DNA of 32,000 nucleotides from an uncultured archaeon (GCA_964577555.1 CAZNZM010000003.1:92915-124914), one strand, 5' to 3'. Positions 9,814-19,120 are shown, counted from the stretch's first letter. Notes: generated from the sequence alone by a model not told the origin. Numbers and translations are program-made.

Positions 9814-10905
9814 ATGAAAATTGAAAGTAAGTTGCTTGCGAAGCCGGAAGATGTTGTTCCAACCACGCCGAAGTTCAGGGTCAGGGGTGTTTTTAACCCT
9901 GCGGCTATAAGGTTGAAGAGTAAAAAAATACTTCTTTTGGCAAGAGTGGCTGAAACTCCTTTTCATGGTGAAAAATATTTTATTGCGCCAAGGTTTGCCG
10001 GCAAGTCAAAGACTAAAATTATAATGGAAAAAATTTTGAGAAAAGAAGGCAAATTCAAAGAAAATTATTTTCTCTTTGATTCTGAAATTGCTAGGTTGCC
10101 TACTATTTCTCATTTGAGAAAGATTTTGCTTGACGAGTCTGGCATGAATGTTGAAAAGATTTCCAACAAACCTGATTTTATGGGTTTGGAAAATGATGGG
10201 GATTTTGGCGTTGAAGATCCAAGGGTTACTTGTTTTAAAAAAGAGGGTTTTTGTGCAATGACTTATGTTTCTGTTTCAATGTACACTGGCGTCTCAACTT
10301 CTCTTGCAATTACAAAAGACCTTAAAAATTGGTCTCGTGAAGGAATAATTTTCAGGCAACAAAACAAGGATGTTGTGATTTATCCTGAGAAAATAAATGG
10401 TTATTATGTTGCTTTGCATAGGCCTGAAGGTACGATGATTTTTGACAAGCCGAGAATTTGGCTTTCTTATTCCAAGGACTTGGTGTTTTGGGGGCGGGAC
10501 AAAGCAATTATGAGTCCGCGGAAAGGGTGTTGGGACGGTTTAAGGATAGGTAATGGGAGCGTTCCGCTTAAAATTGATGATGGTTGGCTCGAGTTTTATC
10601 ATGGGGTAAGTCTTTCCGATCAAAACAATCCGGATTCTCAAAAAATTTATTGTGCAGGTGCGGTAGTATTTGACTATAAGGATCCTTCCAAGATTTTGGC
10701 TCGTTCTCCTGCAAAAAAGCCTTTGCTTTCGCCTGAACAAGATTATGAAAAATCAGGTTTTGTCAGCCATGTTGTTTTTCCTACTGCCGCTTTGCTTGAC
10801 TCTGACAAAAAGCATGTTTTGGTTTTTGGCGGAGGCGGAGATTCTTCGATTTTTGTCAAGAGGCTTGCCCTCAATGACGTTTTGAACTCGTTGGAATGGA
10901 GTTAG
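9814..10905 (+). CDS. Glycoside hydrolase family 130-type protein (beta-mannoside phosphorylase family)
   Basis: Motifs FNPAAIRL, GVEDPRVT, FDKPRIWLSYSKDLVFWG and GCWDGLRIGNGSVPLKIDDGWLEFYHGV are characteristic of the GH130 (former DUF377) family. Confidence 0.9.
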   Translation: MKIESKLLAKPEDVVPTTPKFRVRGVFNPAAIRLKSKKILLLARVAETPFHGEKYFIAPRFAGKSKTKIIMEKILRKEGKFKENYFLFDSEIARLPTISHLRKILLDESGMNVEKISNKPDFMGLENDGDFGVEDPRVTCFKKEGFCAMTYVSVSMYTGVSTSLAITKDLKNWSREGIIFRQQNKDVVIYPEKINGYYVALHRPEGTMIFDKPRIWLSYSKDLVFWGRDKAIMSPRKGCWDGLRIGNGSVPLKIDDGWLEFYHGVSLSDQNNPDSQKIYCAGAVVFDYKDPSKILARSPAKKPLLSPEQDYEKSGFVSHVVFPTAALLDSDKKHVLVFGGGGDSSIFVKRLALNDVLNSLEWS

Positions 10906-10952
10906 CTATAAATACATCTTGTGCAACAAATTCTTATAGGTGAAAAATTACG

Positions 10953-13133
10953 TTGGTTTCATCTGCAAGAAAATATCTGATTTTATCATCTTATCCTCCT
11001 CGTGAGTGCGGGATTGCGACTTTCACTAAAGACCTCTCGGATTCTATACAAAAAAGGTTTGGCAATTCGCTTGTTTCTAAAATCGCGGCTATCAATGAAT
11101 CAAATTATGTGCTTAGGACTTATCCTAAAAAAGTTTCAATTACTTTGACTGAAAATGATATTTCAAGTTATGAGGCTTTGGCAAAAAAAATAAATCGTAT
11201 GAAGAATGTTGAAGTGGTGAATATTCAACATGAATTTGGTTTGTTTGGCGGTCTTTTTGGCAGTTATCTTTTGACTTTCATGGAGCTTTTGAATAAAAAA
11301 ATAATCACGACGTTGCATACTGTTCTTGAAGATCCTAAACAGGAAATGAAAGAGGTTGTGAGGCGAATATTTGAATTAAGCGATAAAGTAGTTGTTATGA
11401 CTGAAAATGCAAAGGAAATTCTTGCAGACCACTATCAAGTTGATGTTTCGAAGGTTGAGGTGATTCCTCATGGCGTGCCTGCAATTAGTTATGAAAAAAA
11501 CGAGAATGCTAAAAAGAAGTATGGTTTAAAGGGCAAGACAGTTCTAATGACTTTCGGCATGCTTAGCAAAGGAAAGTCGCTTGAAACTGTAATAAACGCG
11601 TTGCCAAAAGTTGTCAAAAAATTTCCAAATGTGGTTTATTTGATAGTTGGGCAAACCCACCCTGTTGTAAGGCAAAAAGAGGGCGAGTCTTACAGAAACA
11701 TGTTGAAAGAATTGGTTGCTCATCATAATTTGGGTGATAATGTCAAGTTTCTTGACAAATATTTGACTTTAAAAGAAATAATAGAGTGTTTGCAGATGGC
11801 TGATATTTATCTTGCGCCTTCTTCTGATGCAAGGCAAATATGCAGTGGCACGGTGAGTTATGCCATGGGCGCTGGAAGAGCCATAATAGCGTCAAAAACG
11901 AAGTATAATGGAGAGGTTTTGGCTTCAAAAAGGGGTATTATAATAAAAGAAAATGATCCTGATGCTTTTTCAAGAGCCATAATAAGGTTGCTTAAGAATC
12001 ACGAGCTAAGGGCTGTATTGGAAAAGAATGCTTTTGAGTATAGCAGAAAAATGACTTGGCAGAATGTTTCTACTAAATATTTCAATGTGATTCGTTCTTT
12101 GAGCCAATTTTCAATAAGCGAATTTGGAAAATTGCCTAAGTTTAATTTTAAGCATTTTTTTAGAATAACTGATGATTTTGGCATGATACAATTTTGCAAT
12201 TATACTACTCCGGACATTGAAAGCGGTTATACTCTTGATGACAATGCAAGAGCTTTGGTTGTTTCAAAGAAAGCGTTTGAATTGTTTGGCTACAAAAAAT
12301 TTGTAAAAATGGCGGACAAGTTTTTGGATTTTGTTGATTATTGTTATGAAAGCGATGGAGTAATACACAATGTCGTGAATTATAAAAGAGAATATGCTGA
12401 TGATATTGGAAGCGAAGATAGTTATGGTAGGGCTTTGTGGGGGCTTGCGGAAACGGTTGAGTCTAACATGCCGTTGCAAATCAAGGAAAAAGCCAAGGCA
12501 ATACTTTCCAAGTATATAAAAAGCGGAATTGAAGTCAGTTCTCCGAGAGCCGAAGCCGATTCTCTTATTGGATTGACAAAAGTAATGGATCATTTTCCAT
12601 CGGAAGCAGAAACACATGAAAAATTATTGGATTCTTTGATATGCAAATACAACGATTCAAAGGATGAAGATTGGAAATGGTTTGAAAGTTATTTGACGTA
12701 TGCTAATGGCAGAATACCTGAAGCTCTTTTTGAAGCGCATAAATTTGACAAGTCTGGCGAAGCGAAAAATATTGCAATTGAATCAATGGATTTTTTGACT
12801 AAAATTCTTTTTATTGAAGACAAACTTTTTCCAGTTGGACAAGAAAAATGGTATCATCGCAAAAGCGAAAGGTCAATGTTTGATCAACAACCAATAGAGG
12901 CTTCAGTGATGACAACCGCTTATATTAAAGCTTTTGAATCCACTGGGAACCAAATTTATATGAAAAGAGCCCATGACGCGTTTGATTGGTTTTTAGGCAA
13001 AAATGCGCATCATTTGATGGTTTATGACGAAGCAAGTGGAGGATCGTTTGACGGAATAACGCGCAATGGTGTTAATGCAAATCAAGGTGCCGAATCAACA
13101 GTGTCTTATTTGCTTGCAAGGCTTTCTTTTTGA
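10953..13133 (+). CDS. Fusion protein: N-terminal GT4-type glycosyltransferase plus C-terminal alpha/alpha-barrel-like domain
   Basis: N-terminal ~400 aa with SSYPPRECGIATFT, VEVIPHGV, ADIYLAPSS and retaining GT-B features. C-terminal ~310 aa with DDNARALVVSKKAFELFG, GSEDSYGRALWGLAETV and QPIEASVMTTAYIKAF, typical of six-hairpin toroid folds. TTG start inferred; TATAAA at 10907-10912. Confidence 0.87.
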   Translation: MVSSARKYLILSSYPPRECGIATFTKDLSDSIQKRFGNSLVSKIAAINESNYVLRTYPKKVSITLTENDISSYEALAKKINRMKNVEVVNIQHEFGLFGGLFGSYLLTFMELLNKKIITTLHTVLEDPKQEMKEVVRRIFELSDKVVVMTENAKEILADHYQVDVSKVEVIPHGVPAISYEKNENAKKKYGLKGKTVLMTFGMLSKGKSLETVINALPKVVKKFPNVVYLIVGQTHPVVRQKEGESYRNMLKELVAHHNLGDNVKFLDKYLTLKEIIECLQMADIYLAPSSDARQICSGTVSYAMGAGRAIIASKTKYNGEVLASKRGIIIKENDPDAFSRAIIRLLKNHELRAVLEKNAFEYSRKMTWQNVSTKYFNVIRSLSQFSISEFGKLPKFNFKHFFRITDDFGMIQFCNYTTPDIESGYTLDDNARALVVSKKAFELFGYKKFVKMADKFLDFVDYCYESDGVIHNVVNYKREYADDIGSEDSYGRALWGLAETVESNMPLQIKEKAKAILSKYIKSGIEVSSPRAEADSLIGLTKVMDHFPSEAETHEKLLDSLICKYNDSKDEDWKWFESYLTYANGRIPEALFEAHKFDKSGEAKNIAIESMDFLTKILFIEDKLFPVGQEKWYHRKSERSMFDQQPIEASVMTTAYIKAFESTGNQIYMKRAHDAFDWFLGKNAHHLMVYDEASGGSFDGITRNGVNANQGAESTVSYLLARLSF

Positions 13134-14778
13134 ATTTGTTCAAGTTATTTAAAATTTTTTTAGCTGCTTTTTTGTCAATGATTATTCTGCAATTTTTATG
13201 GGTTTGAAGCAACGAAGCAGGTGTTTTTTCGCTTTTTTTTCCGAAGAAAACTTTGTAAATAGCGTCTGCTTTTTTTTCACCGCTTGCAACGAGCAGTGCT
13301 TTTTTTGAAAGCATTATTTGTTTAGGGCCTATTGTTATTGCGTGCCATTTTTGGTTTTTTGGAAAAGACACTTTGTTTGCTTTTAATGTCTGGTTTGACA
13401 ATTTTGTCAAATGTGTTCCCAAATTGAATTTGGTTCCCGGCTCGTTAAAGGCTATGTGTCCGTTCTCTCCTATGCCGAGCAAAATCAGGTCTATTCCGAG
13501 TTTGTTGCAGATCAAATCAAATCTTTTGCATTCGTCTTTATAGTCATTTTCAAGTTTATTAATCAAATAAAGGTTTTTTTTGTTGAAATTTGCGTTTGAA
13601 AGAAAGTGTTTTTCAATATCGTGCAAGAGGGTTTTGTTTTTATTCAGTCCTATGTATTCGTCCATTTGTATGAAAGAAGCTTTTGAAAAATCCATTTTTT
13701 TGGTTTTGGCTAGTTTGCCGATTTTTTTGTATGCAATTCTTGGCGTCTTTCCTGAAGCAAAGCAAAAAACTGGGTTTGGTTTGTTATTCAAGGAAAATGT
13801 TATTTCTTCTACAATCCTGTTTGACATTGCTTCGTGGTTTTTTACTATTTCCAATTCAATCAAGTTTTGGGAGTTGGCAAAATTCCGAATATCTTGGCTT
13901 AGAGTATTGGCAAAGCCGTTCATGGAAATTTTTCTGAAAGCCACGTAGTTTCCTATTCTCAAACAATTCAAATCGCTGAAACCATTTATTAATCCGAATA
14001 CAAAACCGGCGTTGAAGAAATCCCCTGCTCCTGTTGAATCTTTGGATTTTCCTTTGAATGCGGGAAAATAATATTTTTGGCCGTTGGAAAAAAGAACTGC
14101 GCCTTTTGGGCCTTTCTTCAGCACGATTTTTTTGAATCCAATTGATGCTAATTTTTTCAAAGCTTGGTTTTCTTCATTTGTTTTGGTTATATGCCTTAAT
14201 TCCACTTCGTTGAGAAAAAACAAGTCAACGAATTTTGCAAAGTTTTTGACTTCCCATTTTCCATATTCGTCAAAAGTCGCGTCAAAAAAAACGAGGCCGC
14301 CTTTTTTTCTTATTTTTTTCAGCAAGTTTCTAAATCCTTTTTTCATACCTAAAAGGTGGAAAAATCCTCCAAAGTAAGTTATGTCATCTTGTGAAAGAGC
14401 TGGCAATAATTTTTTTGCAACTTTTTTTGAATCAAGTTCCAGCAAGCATCCTTTGTTTGAAAGTATTGCCCTTTCTCCAGATTTTGCAACCATTATGTTT
14501 GAAATTCCGTTTTGGTTGTTTGAATTGAATAGCATGCTTTTTACATTGAATTTTTCGAGTTCTGATTTCAAAAAATCTGTGTAAATGTCTTTTCCAATAA
14601 TACTGATTAATCTTGTATCAACGCCGAGGTTGCCAAGTGCGCATGCAAAGTTTGCCGCGTTTCCGCCTAAGGTGATTTGGAAATTTTTTGAAAAATGTTC
14701 TTCTCCAAAAATTGGTTTGCATGATACTTGGCTGTGCAAATCAACGTTCAAATCGCCTATCGCAAAAACTTTTTGCAT
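13072..14778 (-). CDS. Bifunctional fusion: PfkB-family sugar kinase plus NagB-type glucosamine-6-phosphate deaminase/isomerase
   Basis: Single ORF. N-terminal PfkB signatures GGNAANFACALGNLG and DSTGAGDFFNAGFVFG. C-terminal NagB signatures ASGKTP, QMDEYIGL and LLGIGENGHIAFNEPGT. Start chosen at MQKVFAIGDLNVD (14778). Confidence 0.92.
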   Translation of the reverse strand: MQKVFAIGDLNVDLHSQVSCKPIFGEEHFSKNFQITLGGNAANFACALGNLGVDTRLISIIGKDIYTDFLKSELEKFNVKSMLFNSNNQNGISNIMVAKSGERAILSNKGCLLELDSKKVAKKLLPALSQDDITYFGGFFHLLGMKKGFRNLLKKIRKKGGLVFFDATFDEYGKWEVKNFAKFVDLFFLNEVELRHITKTNEENQALKKLASIGFKKIVLKKGPKGAVLFSNGQKYYFPAFKGKSKDSTGAGDFFNAGFVFGLINGFSDLNCLRIGNYVAFRKISMNGFANTLSQDIRNFANSQNLIELEIVKNHEAMSNRIVEEITFSLNNKPNPVFCFASGKTPRIAYKKIGKLAKTKKMDFSKASFIQMDEYIGLNKNKTLLHDIEKHFLSNANFNKKNLYLINKLENDYKDECKRFDLICNKLGIDLILLGIGENGHIAFNEPGTKFNLGTHLTKLSNQTLKANKVSFPKNQKWHAITIGPKQIMLSKKALLVASGEKKADAIYKVFFGKKSEKTPASLLQTHKNCRIIIDKKAAKKILNNLNKFKKKALQANKTLLIRHLDLH

Positions 14779-14804
14779 CAAACCATTCCTTGTTTTAGAC
14801 AATT

Positions 14805-14815
14805 AATTTATACTT
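14805..14815. promoter_or_regulatory. Putative shared/bidirectional TATA element between the PfkB-NagB gene and the PIG-L gene
   Basis: AATTTATACTT reads as AAGTATAAATT on the other strand. It lies ~26 nt upstream of the ATG at 14836 (+) and ~30 nt upstream of the ATG at 14778 (-). Confidence 0.45.
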
Positions 14816-14835
14816 TTGCGTTGAAGTTATTAATA

Positions 14836-15417
14836 ATGGTTAACGCTTTGGTTGTAGTTGCGCATCCTGACGATGAAACAATCTGGATGGGTGGAAAAAT
14901 AATTCGTGAAAAGGATTGGAATTGGACTATTGTTTCTTTGTGCAGAAAAGATGATCCTGACAGGGCTCCAAAATTTTTTAAGGTTTGTCGCGAACTTAAT
15001 GCGAAGGGTTTCATATCTGATTTGGATGATGAACATCCTGAACAATGGCTTCCAAGTATTGATGAAGTTGTAAAAAGGGTTGAACCTGTAGTTCATGACA
15101 AAAAATTTGATTATGTTTTTACTCATGGAGCTAATGGGGAATATGGACACAAAAGGCATATTGAGACTCACAAAGCTTTGGTTGAAATGGCTAAATCAAA
15201 AATGTTAGATTTTAAAGAATTAATTTGTTTTGATTATAAGAGGAGAGAAGTGCCTTTTATGGCTGTTCCCTCTGGCGATGCTCCGATAAAATTGGAGTTG
15301 TCTGATAATGAATTTAAAAAAAAATTTTGGCTTGTGAACGAGGTTTATGGATTTAGGCGGGATATTTTTGAGTGTCTTAGTTGTTCGAAAATTGAAGCTT
15401 TTAGGAAGGTTTTTTGA
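14836..15417 (+). CDS. PIG-L/LmbE-family N-acetylglucosaminyl deacetylase-like protein
   Basis: VVVAHPDDETIWMGG at the N-terminus and THGANGEYGHKRHIETH are diagnostic PIG-L zinc-site motifs. The ORF track start (14728) is upstream; MVNALVVVAHPDDE at 14836 is the natural start. Confidence 0.92.
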   Translation: MVNALVVVAHPDDETIWMGGKIIREKDWNWTIVSLCRKDDPDRAPKFFKVCRELNAKGFISDLDDEHPEQWLPSIDEVVKRVEPVVHDKKFDYVFTHGANGEYGHKRHIETHKALVEMAKSKMLDFKELICFDYKRREVPFMAVPSGDAPIKLELSDNEFKKKFWLVNEVYGFRRDIFECLSCSKIEAFRKVF

Positions 15418-16575
15418 ATGAAAAATGGAAAAAAGTTTTCTGCTGCCGTGTTATATCCTTATCCTCCTGAAATGGACGGCGTAAGTTTGCAAGGCTATTA
15501 TCTTTCCAAAGGGTTGATTTATCATGGTTATGAAGTTTATCAGGCAAACAGGCGGGCAAGATTTGAAAAAGAATTTATTTATCGTCACTATAAACCTGAT
15601 GTTGCAATAGGCATAGGTTTTTGGGGGGATTTGCCTCAACTTTCAATGTATACTCAAAAATATGGGGTTCAGCTTGTTCCTTGGCTTAATGCGGACGGCT
15701 GGGTTGCAAATTATCATGAAATGATTGAGTCTTTTCCGCTTTTATTTACTACGAGCAGGTGGGTGAAAGAAACTTATATGAGAGATGGGCTTTCGGGAAA
15801 AAACATGGTGCCAATGCCGATTGGCATAGACACTGATGAAATGAAACCTATTTTAAAGGACGATCCTCGTGTAGTTTCAATGAGAAAGATGCTTGGTGTA
15901 AAAGATGACGAGTTGATGATTCTTACTGTTGGCGGGGATGTTACAAGCAAAGGTTTTCAAGAAGTGCTTAAAGCTTTGGGAAAAATAGGTGATAAATTTG
16001 TAAAATGGCATTATGTGGGTAAGGCATGGGAAAATCACCAGCCAACATATCATTACAGGGACGAATTGGACATAATAAAAAAATTTGGTTTTGATGACAA
16101 GATAGAATATATTGATGGAAGCACTTCAAGGCAAACTTTGAATGTTTTGCTTAGCGCGGCGGACATTTATGCGGCTCCAAGTAGGATAGAAGGCTTTGGC
16201 ATGATTCAAGTTGAAGCAATGGCGTGTGGAATTCCAGTAGTATCGGTTGATGCTGGCGGAATAAAAGATACAGTGGTTCATAATGAAACTGGCTTTCTTG
16301 CAAAAGTCGCGGAGACAATAGATTTGGATCAGGAATGGGTTTATCCTGAAATGGGTTTTGAAAAAAAGCAGATAATTAAGTTTGACAAGCCAAAAACATT
16401 TGCGGTAAGGGCTGATGTTGACGAATTGGCAGATTATCTTATTAGACTCATGGAGGATTCAGAACTCAGAAAAAAAATGGGTGAAAACGGAAGAAAGCAC
16501 GCTGTTGAAAACTTTGATTATAGGGTGACTTCGTTAAAACTTGCCAAAACTGTTGAGGAAAAGCTTGGGCTTTGA
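15418..16575 (+). CDS. GT4-family glycosyltransferase
   Basis: GT-B/GT4 motifs: VPMPIGIDTDEMKP, ADIYAAPSRIEGFGMIQVEAMACGIPVVSVDAGGIKDTV. Starts immediately after the PIG-L stop. Confidence 0.93.
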   Translation: MKNGKKFSAAVLYPYPPEMDGVSLQGYYLSKGLIYHGYEVYQANRRARFEKEFIYRHYKPDVAIGIGFWGDLPQLSMYTQKYGVQLVPWLNADGWVANYHEMIESFPLLFTTSRWVKETYMRDGLSGKNMVPMPIGIDTDEMKPILKDDPRVVSMRKMLGVKDDELMILTVGGDVTSKGFQEVLKALGKIGDKFVKWHYVGKAWENHQPTYHYRDELDIIKKFGFDDKIEYIDGSTSRQTLNVLLSAADIYAAPSRIEGFGMIQVEAMACGIPVVSVDAGGIKDTVVHNETGFLAKVAETIDLDQEWVYPEMGFEKKQIIKFDKPKTFAVRADVDELADYLIRLMEDSELRKKMGENGRKHAVENFDYRVTSLKLAKTVEEKLGL

Positions 16576-16589
16576 AAATTTGATTTTAA

Positions 16590-17060
16590 AATTAAAATTA
16601 TTTTGTCTTTTTTGGCTTGGTTTTTTTTGTCTTTTTTTGGCAGCCATTTTTTTTGTATGAGTTTTTGTTTAGCCAATTTGCTTATTTTTTTGAATTCTTT
16701 TTTTGTGGGCCATTTTGCCATTTTTTGTGAAGTTGTTTTTTTCTATTTTGTTTTCAATTATTTTTTTTGCAAGCCATTTTTTTAGTTATTTTTTTTGTTA
16801 ATTTTTTTTTATTTTGTTTTAATTGTTTTGTTTTTGTCTTTGTTTTAGCTGGTTTTTTTTGTTTCTTTTTTTTGAGTTGTTTTTTTAGATGTTTTTTTGC
16901 AAGCCGTTTTTTTTGTCATCTTGTTTTTTGTTGTGCCAAATTTTTTTGTTATTTTTCTTTTTTTGTTAGTCTATTTAGAGAATTTTATTTTTTTTAATTT
17001 TAAAAAATTGGATTATTTTTTCGGCAAGGATTTTTTTAATTTTTTTTAAGTTTTTTTGAA
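16590..17060. repeat. Low-complexity T/G-polarised spacer, family member
   Basis: Contains GGCTTGG (16614-16620), GCAAGCCA (16769-16776) and GCAAGCCG (16899-16906) between T-tracts. Confidence 0.75.
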
Positions 17061-17076
17061 TAATTTTTTGCGTGTT

Positions 17077-18195
17077 TTAGATTTTTAATAAATTTTTTTT
17101 CTGATTTACGCATTCGTATGCTAGCAAATATCCTCCTGCGCTCCAAGCTTGGTGATATCCGCCAGCCGCTTTAATTGAAACAGGGTTTATCCATTCGTTG
17201 AAATCCCATTGGTTTTTTACTCCGAGTCTGTTTGCGCGTGCAAGCATTTCGAGTTCTGTTTTTGCTTTGTCAAATTGTTTCAATTCTACAAGTGCGGTAA
17301 CATAAAGCCCTCCTACGAATGGCCAAATTCCGCCATTTAAATAACTGTGTGGTTCCCTTGCATCTGATGTTTCAAAATAGTCTTTCCATTCTTTTGACCC
17401 TATTTTTATTACTGGAAAAATTACTCTAATTGGGTATGGTCTTGCAAGTCCATTATAAGCTATGAAATCCATGATGCTTTTGGCTTGGTTTTTGTTTGCC
17501 AAACCAAAAACTATTGCAAGCAAATTTCCCAGAGAATCAAACCATGTTTCTTTTTCTTGAAATTCTTTTCCGTGGTCTTTCCAATGCCAAGGCAAAAAAT
17601 ATCCTAATGAGTCATCCCATAAATGTGAATGGACGTTTTCAACGTATTTTTTCAATTTTTTTTCTTCCAAAGCTCGCAAGCAAGCGTAATAAAGTGCTTG
17701 GGTGCTTATTACGTGTCCGTACTTGTGCGGGAAACAATCCTGCCAATCGGAAGTTGGCAGTTGTTCTGGCAATAAATCTTCTCCTGCGTCCTGGAAACGC
17801 ACCCATTTTATCGCATTTTCAATATTTTTTTTATTCAGATTCCACAATTTTTTGCCGAATTTTTTTTTGTAAAAATAATGTCCTAGTACAAACCAAAGGC
17901 TTGAATCAATAGTTGCGTATGTAGCTGGTTTGTCAATAGAGCCTGTAAAATCCACTGCATTTGGGATTTGCCCGTTTTTTGATTGTTTTGCCGCAAGAGT
18001 CAAGAGGCTTCGCCTAAAAACCGATTCAAATTCATTAGTATGAAAACTGGCCCCTATCATGGAAAAATTAGAGTCCCTGGACCATACTTGCGTGTATCCG
18101 TGTTTTCCGCCTGAAGCATAAAGCCCATATTTGGTGGAGCAGTCTTTCAGGACTTCTACTGCCTTTATTGCCGCAATTTTTTGCAATTCTTCCAT
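17077..18195 (-). CDS. Six-hairpin glycosidase (glycogen-debranching / amylo-alpha-1,6-glucosidase / GH15- or GH100-like)
   Basis: GYTQVWSRDSNFSMIGA, DFTGSIDKPATYATIDSSLWFVLGHYFY, TSDWQDCF, SYLNGGIWPFVGGLYVTAL, QWDFNEWINPVS and GGYHQAWSAGGYLLAYE match the alpha/alpha-barrel glycosidase pattern. Start taken as MEELQKIAAIKAVEVLKDC (18195). Confidence 0.8.
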   Translation of the reverse strand: MEELQKIAAIKAVEVLKDCSTKYGLYASGGKHGYTQVWSRDSNFSMIGASFHTNEFESVFRRSLLTLAAKQSKNGQIPNAVDFTGSIDKPATYATIDSSLWFVLGHYFYKKKFGKKLWNLNKKNIENAIKWVRFQDAGEDLLPEQLPTSDWQDCFPHKYGHVISTQALYYACLRALEEKKLKKYVENVHSHLWDDSLGYFLPWHWKDHGKEFQEKETWFDSLGNLLAIVFGLANKNQAKSIMDFIAYNGLARPYPIRVIFPVIKIGSKEWKDYFETSDAREPHSYLNGGIWPFVGGLYVTALVELKQFDKAKTELEMLARANRLGVKNQWDFNEWINPVSIKAAGGYHQAWSAGGYLLAYECVNQKKNLLKI

Positions 18196-18292
18196 CGTGA
18201 TATTAAGAATGCCTTTTGAGTTTTTATTAATTGCTGCAAATTGAATTTTTATTTTTGTGGGGCATGGAAAAAACAATTTGCTTACTTTTGTA

Positions 18293-19099
18293 TTATGCTT
18301 GGATTGTTTGGGTTGTTTGGTTTTTTTCTTCGTTTTCCGTGTCGGTTTTCAGGCTTATGAAAATTTCGTCAAAGAATTTTTCTTGCCACATGACTATTTT
18401 TGCTTTGTTCATTAGAAAGAGGCAACAAATGAATGTTCTGACAATTGAAACCTTGTCTTTTTTGTCTTTTGTAAGTCGTGTGAAGGTTACCATGCCTTGA
18501 GAGTCAGCGTTTCTTTTTATTTTTTTGAATATTTTTTCCATGGCTATGTCTATTTTAAAGTTCATGTCTGGAAACACGAATTTTGTTCTTGCTCTTTTAA
18601 ATTGTGAATTTTCAGCCAACTTTTTGGAGTTTCGCATCATGTTTTCTATTGCGTTTACAAGTTCGTCAAGGCTTACTTTTCCTTCCCTGATTTTTCTGAT
18701 GTTTTTTAGGTCAGGTAGCATGGCTTCGAATTCTTTTAGTTCTTCTGGCGTCATTTTTCTTTTTTCTTCTTCAAGTTCTTTTTCATCTATTTGGCTGACT
18801 CTTAAAAAATTCGATTTGAATTTTAGCAAAAGGGCGCAAGCCAGTATTGCGTTGGCTGGTACTTTCAAATTGTTTTCTGAAATTGCTTTGATTTTTTCAA
18901 GGTATTTGCCAACTAATTCTGATATGTCTATTTCCCACGGGTTCATTCTTTCTTTTTTAACCAATTCTATAAGTATTGTCTTCCAAGCAGGTTGTTCTAT
19001 GAGGTCTACAAGATCGACTTTTTCAGGCAAGTCTGAAATTGAGCCTTCGCTTTCGTTGGCTTCGCTTTCTTCTAAAATATCCTTTTGCAACAAATCCAT
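18293..19099 (-). CDS. scpA: Segregation and condensation protein A (ScpA, kleisin)
   Basis: VDLVDLIEQPAWKTILIELVKKERMNPWEIDISELVGKYLEKI...ANAILACALLLKFKS is the ScpA N-terminal signature. The C-terminus has the VSIVRTFICCLFLMNKAKIVMWQEKFFDEIFI winged-helix-like segment. Confidence 0.93.
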   Translation of the reverse strand: MDLLQKDILEESEANESEGSISDLPEKVDLVDLIEQPAWKTILIELVKKERMNPWEIDISELVGKYLEKIKAISENNLKVPANAILACALLLKFKSNFLRVSQIDEKELEEEKRKMTPEELKEFEAMLPDLKNIRKIREGKVSLDELVNAIENMMRNSKKLAENSQFKRARTKFVFPDMNFKIDIAMEKIFKKIKRNADSQGMVTFTRLTKDKKDKVSIVRTFICCLFLMNKAKIVMWQEKFFDEIFISLKTDTENEEKNQTTQTIQA

Positions 19100-19120
19100 A
19101 GCAGAAATACTGCGCCAGTA

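Noticed and set aside
16518-16721. Lysine-rich minus-strand ORF (MAKWPTKKEFKKISKLAKQK...)
   Set aside because: Lies in the low-complexity spacer and overlaps the 3' end of the plus-strand GT4 gene. Composition is explained by the T-rich plus strand.
17496-17912. 138-aa plus-strand ORF antisense to the six-hairpin glycosidase
   Set aside because: The opposite strand carries conserved glycosidase motifs. Low-quality composition and no ribosome-binding site.
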